Origin: Octopus bimaculoides
Lineage: Eukaryota
Assembly: GCF_001194135.2 (NCBI RefSeq)
Contig: NC_068990.1
Coordinates: 21,848,707 to 21,887,472 of the forward strand
DNA: 38,766 nt
Reading direction: 5' to 3'
Both the position numbers and the translations under genes were made by a program. Shown one piece after another: positions 10,830-22,361 of this stretch. Within the stretch, counting starts at the first letter, position 1; each line of letters begins with the position of its first letter. The notes below the pieces were generated by a model. It was not told the DNA's origin. It searched no databases and saw only the letters and a program-made list of their open reading frames with translations.

Positions 10830-12950
10830 CTTTTCATAAAATTGGTAAACGTTAAAACTTCATCTAGTCTTCTACAGACTGTCGCAAGTAACTTTTCCTG
10901 CAAATCATCAAACAGCAAACAATTCAACAAAGCTTCTAAATACATTCACTATTCACAAATATACGTATATTCACACCAAGTTAAGGTATACTTATTACTT
11001 TCAATTATACCACAAACCCATCTCTACTGTTCAAGCTACATTAAAAATTTATTTCTAAATATGATGTCTATCACCAAAAGAATTTTTCTTGAATTTTGTT
11101 TGTTTGAATTTTAATGTTTCATACCTGTTATATTCTGATCACCAGTGCATAACAAAATGGAGCAAAGATAGAAAAAAAAAACAGTCTGTTATACAAAGTT
11201 TTTGAACTTCTCAACGATTTTTCCCTCCGTCTGAAGCACCATCTTCTATACTGCTGTAGCTTCATCTTTTGTTACCGTTGAAAGATTGTTCCAATCCTTT
11301 TTCACGGAAATGAAATATTTCAAGAATAATTTTTTCCCTAATTCTCATGTTTCTTATGAAACATGAACATGTAGATGTCAAGGTTGAAAATTCAAAGATG
11401 ACTCTCTTACACTGCGATGGCTTTTGAAGTCTAAAATCATTGACACTCTTTTGCGGAATAAGTATTTTAACTTTCTTGAAAGTATTAAGTAATATGTCCA
11501 TTAAAATGGCTACAGTTAGCAACGAAGTACTCTTCGAATTACATTTTATAAACGATGGGATGTAAACAAAGGTTACACTGGAAAACATAATGTTTAGTTT
11601 ACAATTTCTCTGACAAAGAAAATATAGCCTCTTCTGAAATATCTCTGACCACATGTCTGCTCAGTTAGAGTCTACCTAAGATAAACAATAATTTCTTGAA
11701 AATAATTTGGCAATACGTGATTCCACAATATGATGTTAATTATCTACATGTTCAGGCTAATTAACTAAAGTGTAGTGAATATCTGTATCTGATGTATTTG
11801 TTTACGCAAGATAAACAATTGTAAAGACATAATATTTAGAAAGGAATTCTGAGTACACCATTATAATTTTTTTCCTTCGCATCTAAAATACATTCGACAA
11901 AAGCATATTTTGGGACAGCTTTTATTGAAATTTGAACCTACACCTTGAAGGTGACTCGTCAGTAGCTTCACAATAGGATGGGATGGAGGGCGATACGTCG
12001 TCAGAAGTTTTAGAAACTCACACTAAATCCCTGATATCATTTAGTACTTAGGTTTCTGTATTTCGGCATCGAATATTACTAGGGGCGTTGAAGCATTTCA
12101 TTTTGCTTCGATGTCAACTGAATAAGGAAGAGTAACAATATTCGTCTCAAATTTTGGCACAAGATCAGCAATTTTGTGTCAGAGGTTAAGTCAATTATAT
12201 AGACTGGTGCCCTTTTTTTATTGACCCTGCAAGGAAGAAAGGCAAAGCCGACCTCGGCGGAATTTGAAATCAAAGCATAAATACGGACGAAATGCTGCTA
12301 ACCATTTTCCCCGGCGTGCTGACGATTCTGCCAAGACGCTACCTTCAAGACGAACAATATTGAAGTCAATTCAGTTTATATTAGGTCTTTCCTAAAACTG
12401 CATTCATTTTGTCACTGTTAGACACTCAGTCTGTTGGTCTTAAATGATTTGAGAATACGACAATGTGTCAGGGAATCAACTGACCAAGTCTCAACTCCCA
12501 TTTAAGACGACAAGTCCACTTTATTTTGACGGCGATAATGCCTTTAAAAGGACAAGAAAAAAGCATTCCCAGCTTTTCTTTTCCTTCTCTAATACTCGTA
12601 GAGAGTATTCGTTAACACTGTAGATACATCAATATATCTTTCTCTATTTTCCGTAGTAGTTTCGTTTCTATGCGGTTTTCGTTCTCATTTTAAGCAAATT
12701 CATTCTACTTCCGCTGATTCTACCCTGGGGAGATTCACGAATAACTTAGCGTTCCATATTTCCTCCTACATAAATATGTGGGTTTCATGCCTTGTGAATC
12801 TGAATAGAAATAATAAAAAAAATGTAATACATACATCTCATTTTACGTGACGAATACCGTTGAGCAAGACGTATCTTCCCGGCGAGAAGCGCTTGTCCAT
12901 TGAATTCGATTCGCAGTTGAAGCTATTTCCCCTTCATTTACACCTGTCAG
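10830..12950 (-). pseudogene. Heavily decayed hAT transposase (ZMYM1-like / hAT dimerisation type), interrupted by a SINE
   Basis: Colinear minus-strand fragments: REGKEKLG (~RGS.EKLG), LTSKQNEML (~YLS..IQNELI), IILWNHVL (~.FWN.IL), EEYF, NSRDGF..LKVI (~ERSFS.LK.IK) and LEALLNCLLFDDLQEKLLATVCRRL (~IE..LL...DFDD.I..FA..K.RR). Many stops and frameshifts; matched by eye only. Confidence 0.5.
12143..12352 (-). mobile_element. SINE family B inserted in the hAT relic
   Basis: ggcaaagccgacctcggcggaatttgaaatca...gctgacgattctgcc. Flanked by aacaatatt at 12134-12142 and 12353-12361, a possible TSD. Confidence 0.9.
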
Positions 12951-13387
12951 TTCTCTACGAACATTATAAAACTATGTATTTCTTTACACCAACGAAAATA
13001 TAGTGTGTAATCAAAGAAAAGCATGTAATATATATATATATATATANNNNNNNNNNNNNNNNNNNNNNNNNNNNNNNNNNNNNNNNNNNNNNNNNNNNNN
13101 NNNNNNNNNNNNNNNNNNNNNNNNNNNNNNNNNNNNNNNNNNNNNNNNNNNNNNNNNNNNNNNNNNNNNNNNNNNNNNNNNNNNNNNNNNNNNNNNNNNN
13201 NNNNNNNNNNNNNNNNNNNNNNNNNNNNNNNNNNNNNNNNNNNNNNNNNNNNNNNNNNNNNNNNNNNNNNNNNNNNNNNNNNNNNNNNNNNNNNNNNNNN
13301 NNNNNNNNNNNNNNNNNNNNNNNNNNNNNNNNNNNNNNNNNNNNNNNNNNNNNNNNNNNNNNNNNNNNNNNNNNNNNNNNNNNNNNN

Positions 13388-13423
<36 letters not shown>

Positions 13424-13939
13424 GTAATATAAAAACACACCAACGGAGCATGATACGCTGGTAAGGAATACAAAAGCGGGGCAGAAATAAGAACAAATGT
13501 AGAAACGAAATAAGATAAAGTGAATAGAAAGCAAATAATTGCCATAAATCGCTACCCGCAATCACCAAGAATTATTTTATCGCACAACACCATACGTTGT
13601 TACATTAATTGAATTCAGACTAGATTTTTATAAAATTTCTTTCAGCCATTTGAAGGTTCTTTCTTCATATTTTGAAATTATATATTTCTTTATTATTTCT
13701 GCTTTTTTTTATTCATCTGTTTCTTATTTCAACCATGGCTTTGTTCTTTTCTTAAGTAACTACTCTGGTTTCGTTTTTGTTTCTTTTTTTCTCCGTCAAT
13801 AAAAAAGCAATGATCACGAATTTGTGTCTACATTTAGCATCTTTTGTATATTATACATTCTTTGTGTAACTGCATAGAAGCAAACCTTATTGTACAATTT
13901 GTTTCGTTTTCTTCATATTCTTCTTCATCATTACAGTTA

Positions 13940-13941
13940 TC

Positions 13942-14000
<59 letters not shown>

Positions 14001-14017
14001 CATTATTATTATTATTA
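13940..14017. repeat. (ATT)n microsatellite
   Basis: Direct reading. Confidence 0.95.
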
Positions 14018-14147
14018 GCCGAATTACTAAGTTACATAGACGTAAGCAAACCAACACCAGTTGTCAAATGCTTGTGATATTGGGGAAAACAAATACACAA
14101 AGGCGCGCACGTGCACGCACGCACAGACAGACAGACACACACACGCA

Positions 14148-14270
14148 TTTATATATGCGGCGGACTTTCGATTTACGTCTACGAAATCCACACACGAGGT
14201 TTTCCTATATTTGAAAACAGTGGACCAAGGTGCTCGGCAGTGGGACCGAACTCGGAATGCGTATATATGG
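14148..14270 (-). mobile_element. SINE family A 5' part, diverged
   Basis: cgtctacgaaatccacacacgagg...ccaaggtgctcggcagtgggaccgaactc matches the reverse complement of the head. Confidence 0.65.
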
Positions 14271-14273
14271 GCA

Positions 14274-14392
14274 GGAGTGGCTATGCGGTAAGAAGCTTGC
14301 TTAGCAGCCGCATGGTTCCGGGTTCAGACCCAATGCATGGAAGTTGGGCAGGTGTCTTCTACTATAACCTCGGGCCGTCTACAGCCTTTTAT
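14274..14392 (+). mobile_element. SINE family A 5' part
   Basis: ggagtggctatgcggtaagaagcttgctt...atggttccgggttcag...tgtcttctactataacctcgggccg. Confidence 0.85.
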
Positions 14393-14547
14393 TACCAACA
14401 GATAGGTCAGGTGTAGGGCATACGCTGTTGAAACACGTTACCGCATCCACCATTTATCGGTATTTCCTCTGGTTGCCTAGGGAAACCCTCCTAGCAGTCC
14501 CTGCCAGTTCCCATCTCTGCAAGATAGCTCCTCACACAGTACGCGGC

Positions 14548-14912
14548 CTAATATTATACTTCCGAGTCGACCAATGCCTTGTAAGCGAAACTGTTAAGAA
14601 GGCCTTTGTATGTATGTATGTATGTATGTATGTATGTATGTATGTATGCATGCACGTGTGTGATTGTGTTCCTCTGTGTGTGTTCCCCTTTGTGTAAGTG
14701 TCTACGTGCTTTTTTCTCACCTTCCCACACAGCATCTCAGACAGTGTTTGTTTGTTCACATTCATTTAATGTAGCAGTTCGGCAAATGGGTAAAACACTT
14801 TAACTGATATGAGACTCTAAATGCTAAGTACCCTGGTACTTAGCATTTTTGATTAAACCCTTCACGGCCGTGCCCCAGCATGGCCGTAGCCCAATGACCT
14901 AAACAAATAACA
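14548..14912 (+). mobile_element. SINE family A, 5'-truncated, with internal (TATG)n
   Basis: gagtcgaccaatgccttgt...gtgccccagcatggccgtagcccaatgacctaaacaaataa tail. Confidence 0.65.
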
Positions 14913-15112
14913 GATCACTCTCAATTTTACAGGAAATGGAAATGTATATGAAGGCATTCTTGCTTTTTACGAATAATATTAGCTGTTTATAAATTTTAAA
15001 ATGTAAATGGAACTGTCAAGACGCTATGCGTAAAAATACACAGAGATCTTAGCTTTGAGGGAGATAACTTCATGCACCAAGCCATTTAGCTCTAAGGATT
15101 AAAAATATTATA

Positions 15113-15292
15113 TTCTACTCTAGGTGCAAGGCCTGAAATTTTGGGGGAGGGGTGCTGTCGATCCCGATACGCAACTGGTACTTAATTTCTCGACGCCGAA
15201 GGGCAAAATTTGAACTTAGAACGTAAAGACAGACGAAAAACCGTTCAGCGTTTTGCCCGGCGTGCTAACGTTTCTGCCAGCTCACCGCCTTT
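15113..15292 (-). mobile_element. SINE family B
   Basis: caaggcctgaaattttgggggagg...gaacgtaaagacagacgaaa...cggcgtgctaacgtttctgccagctcaccgcc. Confidence 0.9.
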
Positions 15293-15309
15293 TTAGGATT
15301 AAAGATATT

Positions 15310-15540
15310 ACTCTTTTACTCTTTTACTTGTTTCAATCATTTGACTGTGGCCATGCTGGAGCACCGGGCTTTAGTCGAGCAAATCGACCCCAGGACTATT
15401 CTTTGTAAGCCTAGTACATATTTTATCGGTCTCTTTTGCCAAACTGCAAAGTTACGGGGACGTAAACACACCAGCACCGGTTGTCAAGCGATGCTGGGGG
15501 GACAAACACAGACACACAAACATATGCATACACACACACA
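15310..15540 (-). mobile_element. SINE family A 3' half, young-looking, runs into gap
   Basis: cttgtttcaatcatttgactgtggccatgctggagcacc...cggggacgtaaacacaccagcaccggttgtcaag. Confidence 0.92.
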
Positions 15541-15946
15541 CACACANNNNNNNNNNNNNNNNNNNNNNNNNNNNNNNNNNNNNNNNNNNNNNNNNNNNNN
15601 NNNNNNNNNNNNNNNNNNNNNNNNNNNNNNNNNNNNNNNNNNNNNNNNNNNNNNNNNNNNNNNNNNNNNNNNNNNNNNNNNNNNNNNNNNNNNNNNNNNN
15701 NNNNNNNNNNNNNNNNNNNNNNNNNNNNNNNNNNNNNNNNNNNNNNNNNNNNNNNNNNNNNNNNNNNNNNNNNNNNNNNNNNNNNNNNNNNNNNNNNNNN
15801 NNNNNNNNNNNNNNNNNNNNNNNNNNNNNNNNNNNNNNNNNNNNNNNNNNNNNNNNNNNNNTAGCGAAAAATATTAAGTCAAGGGATGGAATTGATTTTC
15901 TTTTACTATTAGTTTCCTGTCATTCCTGGCCACGATTTTCCCATAG

Positions 15947-16036
15947 GCCTGTGAAATATATCCTGTTTCTTACGTTGCCTAAAGTCGCGTCGCATGAGCA
16001 GCAGTCACGAATCGAACCAATATACACACCTATTTC
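15947..16036 (+). CDS. Candidate 90-nt internal exon (phase 2-2), (R)PVKYILFLTLPKVASHEQQSRIEPIYTPI(S); product unknown
   Basis: Acceptor attttcccatag|, donor ttc|gtgagt, length divisible by 3, only one frame open, unique sequence. No recognisable homology. Confidence 0.35.
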
Positions 16037-16580
16037 GTGAGTTGGAAAAGTTAATCGTCTGGACAGATTTGTTAAACAACGTAATTCAGAAAAGCTGTAG
16101 CGAAAAAAAAAAAAAACAAAAAAAAACAGGGAAAATGCAAAATGGAAGAAATATTTGACTGCAGACAATTTTTTAAAAATATTTTTCGTGTATTCTTTTT
16201 ATAAGAGTCTTTATGTTTTGAGAGATATATAGACGGATTGTTAAGCCAAAGAAGAGAGTGAGTGGCAAGCAATGTTCGCTTTCAATCTACGATTAATATT
16301 TCGTTTTCCTTTACCTAGAAAATACTTTTGTTAAAACATTGTATATCGCGACATCACCATTCGAAAAGTAAACGAGACGCAGAGACAGAAACGGTAGATT
16401 ATTCGAATTCCTTCATCTACTTTTATGCATTCCATATTTTCGTATTTATAACATGTGTTAGCCCTGTCTTAGGGTCTCTTAGCATAACGATATCCCCAGT
16501 TCCACCACAAATACACTTGAAGTATTGCGCAAAGATTCATTTTATGCGTGAGCGTGTGTGTCTGTGTGTGTGTGTGTGTG

Positions 16581-16958
16581 TGACTGTGTGGTAATTAGTC
16601 TGATTCGCAACCATATGGTTCCAGATTCAGTTCCAATGAGTGGCACCTTGGGAAAATGCTTTTATTGTAGACGGAAACTGAAAGGAGCCCGTCATATATT
16701 TGTGTGCGTGTGTGTGTGTGTATGTGCATGTTCGCTCGCGTACGTGTACGAGTCTTCGTCTTTGTGTTTGTTTCACATCACAACTTGACAACCGGTATTG
16801 GTGTGTTTACGTTCCCGTAATTTACCAGTTCGTCAAAATGAGCCGATACAATAAGTACTAAGCTCAAAAAAATGTAGCGGTGGTGACCCTTACGCATAAA
16901 AATGCCCATGGATTTACCCCATCAAGGCCGCGACCTAACGACTGAAACAAAAAGATAT
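16581..16958 (+). mobile_element. SINE family A with internal deletion and SSR
   Basis: tgtgtggtaattag...ggcaccttgggaaaatg...gacggaaactgaaaggagcccgtc...ttgacaaccggtattggtgtgtttacgttcccgtaa...gactgaaaca. Confidence 0.85.
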
Positions 16959-17577
16959 ACAGATACACATAACTACACACACACACATAAACACGCACAC
17001 ACACATATCTATGCATGTGTGCATGTGTTTGACGGTTGTATACATGTGTGTATGCATATACGTGTTTGTCGTTACAACAAAATCTGTCAGGCGATGTAAT
17101 TTGATAAGTGATTTTCCGCAAACGGTCTCCTGAGTAACTGATGGAGCTCAACGGTTATAAATAAACAATGCATATGCAGGTATTTTGGATTTTGTTTTTA
17201 GTTCTGTTTCTGTTTCACGTTTGAATAACCAAACATATACACGCACGGCCACGTACATGCACACACGCAAATACACACGAATATGCGTGCGCGAGCATGT
17301 GGTATTTCATATGTCATTGTTCGTCTTCCTTGCTCAAATGGACGTCACTGACATTATTTCTCTTCGCTCATTTTCGATTCATATTAAGGATATATGTGTG
17401 TGCATGTGTGTGTATGTGCGTTTGCATGTGTGTTTGTGTGTGTGTGTGTATGTGTGTGTGTAAACAGAAAGAACGTGTAACAAATATAATATTATTTTTA
17501 AAAATTAGCGCTGAGTCTTGACCTCGTTTTGGATGTTAGTTATTATTCAGAAATAAATTTACGGAAAGTAACTGAGC

Positions 17578-17604
17578 GAGAGAGAGAGAAAGAGAGAGAT
17601 AGAA

Positions 17605-17635
<31 letters not shown>

Positions 17636-17670
17636 CAGAGAGAGAGACAGACAGAGAGAGAGAGAGAGAC
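17578..17670. repeat. (AG)n microsatellite
   Basis: Direct reading. Confidence 0.95.
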
Positions 17671-19362
17671 TAAAACGGAAAGAACATAATTATCAGAAAA
17701 TTAAATAGAAAATTAACAACTTATATTCTCGCTGTTACCCTGAAAGAACATTTGAGAGATATTTCTCAACATGCGGCAATGAAATAACGTCTTTACACCG
17801 CAGAAAATGGCAGATATTTGCCATAATATATTGTGACGCCAAGCGTAAATTGACAGCAAACCAACAACAACAACTAAGAAGAAAAACCAATGAAAATGCA
17901 CTGAGATTCTTCTTCAAATCTTGGAGGCAACTTAATAACCCTAACACATGAATTCAAGGCTTAGTGAGAAAAACTCCGCTACAGAGGAAAGGGCAGATAA
18001 AAACTCAACACAGCACGTATAATGCTAATTTATATATTTCAAAATCGTTATCTTTCCCGCGTACAGTATATTTATTCTTAATAAATTACAGCAGATTCAA
18101 ACGCAAGGATGCTAATTGTTGCTGTGTACGTCACAGAAACTGTTCACTGAAATGATAAACTAGGACACCACCTTCTGTAGTGTCAAAGGTTTAGGCAATG
18201 TTGATTGATGAGACACAGCATGTCGAGAGACTTGTGTCCCATAATGCCTTGCTTCTATGAACCTAGTTTGTTATGAACACATTGTCGCTGTGAAAATGAG
18301 GAGTTGCTTCCCCGTGACGTACACATCAGGAACGAGCGTATTTGAGTTTGAGACTGCTGAAGCGTATTAAGAATAAATATAAGCAAATGCTTATTGGACA
18401 TTTCGCTGTACACTATGCAACAAACGATTTTTTCATATCAGTTTGCAGAGATCAGCTGTGATCAGCAAACAGTTTGTTTGTGGAAATTATAAACAAAGCC
18501 TCCGGTTTGCTTGGGTTCACAGCTCAGGCCGTCCTGGTTGGCGAGAGAGAACATGGCGAACACCAGTGCCCCAGAATCCTTCGCAAAACGAACCGAGTGT
18601 TTTATGAATACATTGCTGTCATCAAAATAAACTGTTCATAGGCAGCTTTTAGCAAATTTACGTTCAGATATACTGGAACCGATTAAGAATAAATACTCAA
18701 CTCATTATATATTCATATTGTATTCTTAATAATAGTTAAACATAGAATTGCTGGTATTGACTCCTCAAAACAGTGTTTGCTTTAACGAACGTTGACTTAT
18801 ATTCAGTACAGATTGCTTAGTGAGTTAGCAGTAAAATGAAGGGCGGAGAAGAGTAAGAGAATTTTCATTTAGGAATAAAAGAAAAAAAAAATCAGGAGCA
18901 GTTGCCGGTAATATGCAATGTGCTTAGTCATCTTGTTAATAGTCTATTACATCGACTATTACATTGAAGGTCGTTTATATAAGCAAACAACAAAGCCATT
19001 TCGAACAATATTGATTTTGTGTTCATAAAAGAATGTTTGTTTTCTTTTATGTGTAAATATATACGCTTGGAAATAAATTTTTCTAAATAATTCTTAGATA
19101 TATGTACACTTATACATAGAGCCGAATGTATTCAATGTAGACTTTAAATACCTTCGGCTATCTATGCATGTGCAAATACGCACAAACACAAACATACACC
19201 CACACACGCACATGCATACATACACACAGACACACACACGGATGCACACACTAGCACACACACACATACGCATATATATGTACAGAGAAAGAGGGGAGAG
19301 AGAGAACATGAGGTACACACACACATACATACAGTATATAATAGTTCATAGAGATAGTGTAT

Positions 19363-19421
19363 AGGCGTAGCTGGGTGGTAAGAAGCTTGCTTCCCAACCA
19401 CATGGCTCATGGTTCAGTTCC
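19363..19421 (+). mobile_element. SINE family A tRNA-head fragment
   Basis: ggcgtagctgggtggtaagaagcttgcttcccaaccacatgg...ggttcagttcc. Confidence 0.8.
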
Positions 19422-19573
19422 TTACTATATATAGCAAGGAAAAGGTAGGAGGAGAATTTCGATTGTCCCCACATGATGAGTTGTAATGCAATAAATATAT
19501 AAAGTAAAAGAAGGAAAATGCACACAATTTACATAGTTTTGATATATTTTTAAATATATTTTATTAGTGAAAT

Positions 19574-19610
19574 AATATCGACCGGTTTCACTTTCGCTAA
19601 TCATGACATT
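19574..19610 (-). ncRNA. Minimal type I hammerhead-like motif (PLE-associated), non-canonical core
   Basis: aatgtc-ATGATTA-gc gaaa gt-GAAA-ccgg-TC-gatatt: 6-bp stem I, GNRA-capped stem II, palindromic ACCGGT stem III. Confidence 0.4.
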
Positions 19611-20006
19611 GAAATTATCGTAATTTCGTATTTTCGTAAGAGGATTTTAGTCCAAGTTGTGTATGGGAGTTTGTAAATGAAATAATTCAACAAGTAGAAA
19701 AATCTAAGGGGAGGTAATTGGTGTTCGTTATTATTCCAGACAGAATGGTAATTGCTCATATTTAGGGGAAAAGATAAATAAATATAAAAAAAACTCAATT
19801 TACAAAAACTCAAAAGCAAAAGTAGTGAGACGAATTATTTACAGTAATGAGCCTGTGAACATAAACGAAAATTGCTTATGCGTAAATATTTAGGCGTGGC
19901 CGGTATTTTTCGATAAATATATTTTATTTGTTTAAACTTACTTTTACAGAAATTGTTTCTTTGCTCTGGTAGATGGGGAAAACAGTGAAGTTTGGTTGGA
20001 TATTAC

Positions 20007-20050
20007 CTGCACATCTTTCTATATATTTCACTCAAAGGCGTCTGTCTGTG
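20007..20050 (-). CDS. Candidate 44-nt exon HRQTPLSEIYRKMC(R); product unknown
   Basis: Acceptor ctgtttcccacag|, donor cag|gtaata; one open frame. Confidence 0.22.
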
Positions 20051-20126
20051 CTGTGGGAAACAGATCGGTCCCTTATGTAGTGTAGTTCTCCGTCTAAGTG
20101 CAATATTTGTCTGTCCTATATATTGA

Positions 20127-20313
20127 TTCTTTTATTCTTTTACATGTTCCAGTCATTTGACTGCGACGATACTGGAGCACCGGCTTTAGTAGAACAAATT
20201 TACTCCGGTACTTATTCTTTGTAAGCCTAGTACTTTTCCTATCGGTTTCTTTTCCGAACCGCTAAGTTATTAGGACGTAAAACCATGGTGAGGGACAAGC
20301 AGAGAAACACAGA
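20127..20313 (-). mobile_element. SINE family A 3' half
   Basis: gtcatttgactgcgacgatactggagcaccggctttag...cttattctttgtaagcctagtact...gaaccgctaagtta. Confidence 0.88.
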
Positions 20314-20473
20314 CATATATATATATAAATGCGTAAATAGATGATGAGTAACGCACCGGCACAATTTAGGTTACCAGTTACTATCCGTAAATTTACTCCA
20401 GGAACTTCGTAGTGGCGGTTGGTGTAATACTATTTAAAAAATAGGAGATGGAGTGTGTATTATACGTTGTTGA

Positions 20474-20518
20474 GTACGACATATGTTTCGACCCGTCGTT
20501 CTGAGTCTTTTCAGGTAC
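20474..20518 (-). ncRNA. Minimal type I hammerhead ribozyme relic (PLE pLTR type), G8->A
   Basis: gtac-CTGAAAA-gactc agaacgac gggtc-GAAA-catatg-TC-gtac: all three stems form, with one core mismatch to CUGANGA. Confidence 0.65.
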
Positions 20519-22314
20519 ATAAGTAAAAAAGTTACACTAGACATTTCTTGTGTCGGCTTGCTTAGCGCTATATGTCCATGGAATTCGAGTGGGAATAAAA
20601 GCAAAGAAAAATTACTGAAACGCAAGAAATTCAAATATAAACGTGGAAAGCATATCGTTCCAGTTTAGATAAAATGACGTAATCAGCTTTCGCTGTTTTA
20701 GCTGTTAAGAGAAAGAAAAAAGAAAGTAGAAAGTGAAAGGAAGATAATACTTAGACGAATTTTTTACATGGACATACATACAGAGAGATATACCCCCACA
20801 CATGTATATATTTACACACATATATATACACATTCACACACGCACATACAAGTATATGCGCATATACATACATCTAGATACACGCGTGTACGCACACATA
20901 TGGCCGTATATAAATATATACGTACAGGAACTTATATACGCAAGTACACAAGTGCATATATAGATAAATATACACACATAACATGTATAAATATGTGCTT
21001 AGATTCGTATGCAGATCAAGAAACTCACGTACTTGTAAAACTAAACATACACACATACACACACGTGTAAATACACTCAGATATACAAATAAATAAATGA
21101 ATAAATAATATTATACATGCTCCACAGGCATATATACACTTAATATAATTCGCAGGTGGAATTAGCGTGACAATATAGTTCTATAATTTTAGTATGGATC
21201 TATAAGGGGATTTTAATATATGTCACCGGCGTCACTGAGATGAGGAAAGAATTATCAACGACATCGCTAATTGATACATTTGACACATTATTAATTAGCA
21301 TAATGGCATAACCTGGGAAAAACATGGATTACATGGAAAAATGCGAGCAAGAGAAATAATGTTCTTAAGATTTTAAATTTGGAAAAGTGTAAGAAAAGTT
21401 ATTACACTTGGAAAATTTCAGGACAACTTATTACATTTGGAAAAGTACAGAACAAGAAAATCTTTACTTAAAATAATGCAGCTAAGGATAAAATTTGAAT
21501 ATTAAAAATTATTTGATTTTAATTTAGAAAGCAACGTAATAATTAAAAAAGGTACCATCATTTTGTTTAAAATATTGACACACTAGAATACTTAAAACGT
21601 GAGAGCCAGAAGTACCAATATAGTTTTATGAAAAGTAGAACAGTATACATGGTAGACAAATTCATTATGTAAAAAATAGGCTTTGGTCAAGACTAAAGAC
21701 TTGGCAATATCTTAGGCAATAACTCAAGCAAATTTTACAGTGAATTTGTTGTTATAGGTAGATTTTACTTTTATATATAACTAATTTTTCCTATTATTCT
21801 ACTTATTCTGCAGATTATGTACTACCATTATTCTTTATAACCTATTTACAAATTTCTAATTATTAATTAATAATTTAAAAACGGAACATTTTAAGGTGCA
21901 AGAAAATATTTTGAGTTATTTTGTTATTTCTAATAGAAGTAACATATAATAACGAATATGAGTAATAACTTTCAATAAAATTTTTCGTTTTGATAAAAGC
22001 TAATATTTTATAAATCTAAATATTTTATTTGAAATTTTAACCTTAGCTGCAATATATTAAGTAAAATTTTTCTTGTTGTTCTTTACCAGATATAATAATT
22101 TGTCCTGAACTTTTACTAGTGTAATAACATGTATTTTACATTTCCAAGTTTATAATCTTAAGAATATTACTTCTCTAAATAATATATTTATATATGTTCC
22201 TTGTCTTGGTGTATATATCGTGTTATATGTATTTATTATGTTGATGTAAATCATAACTATAAGATGGTTATCTAAATTTTGTCTCTTCTTATACCAAGTT
22301 ATATAATATTATGC

Positions 22315-22361
22315 ATGTATGTATGTATGTATGTATGTATGTATGTATGTATGTATGTATG
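22315..22361. repeat. (TATG)n microsatellite
   Basis: Direct reading. Confidence 0.95.

Noticed and set aside
10790-10935. BTB-BACK-like exon (ALLNCLLFDDLQEKLL...ILELPFETL)
   Set aside because: Better explained as the C-terminus of the colinear decayed hAT transposase; no other BTB exons were found in a sensible order.
17709-17950. 80-codon stop-free plus frame without ATG
   Set aside because: No splice donor, no similarity, and within chance expectation.
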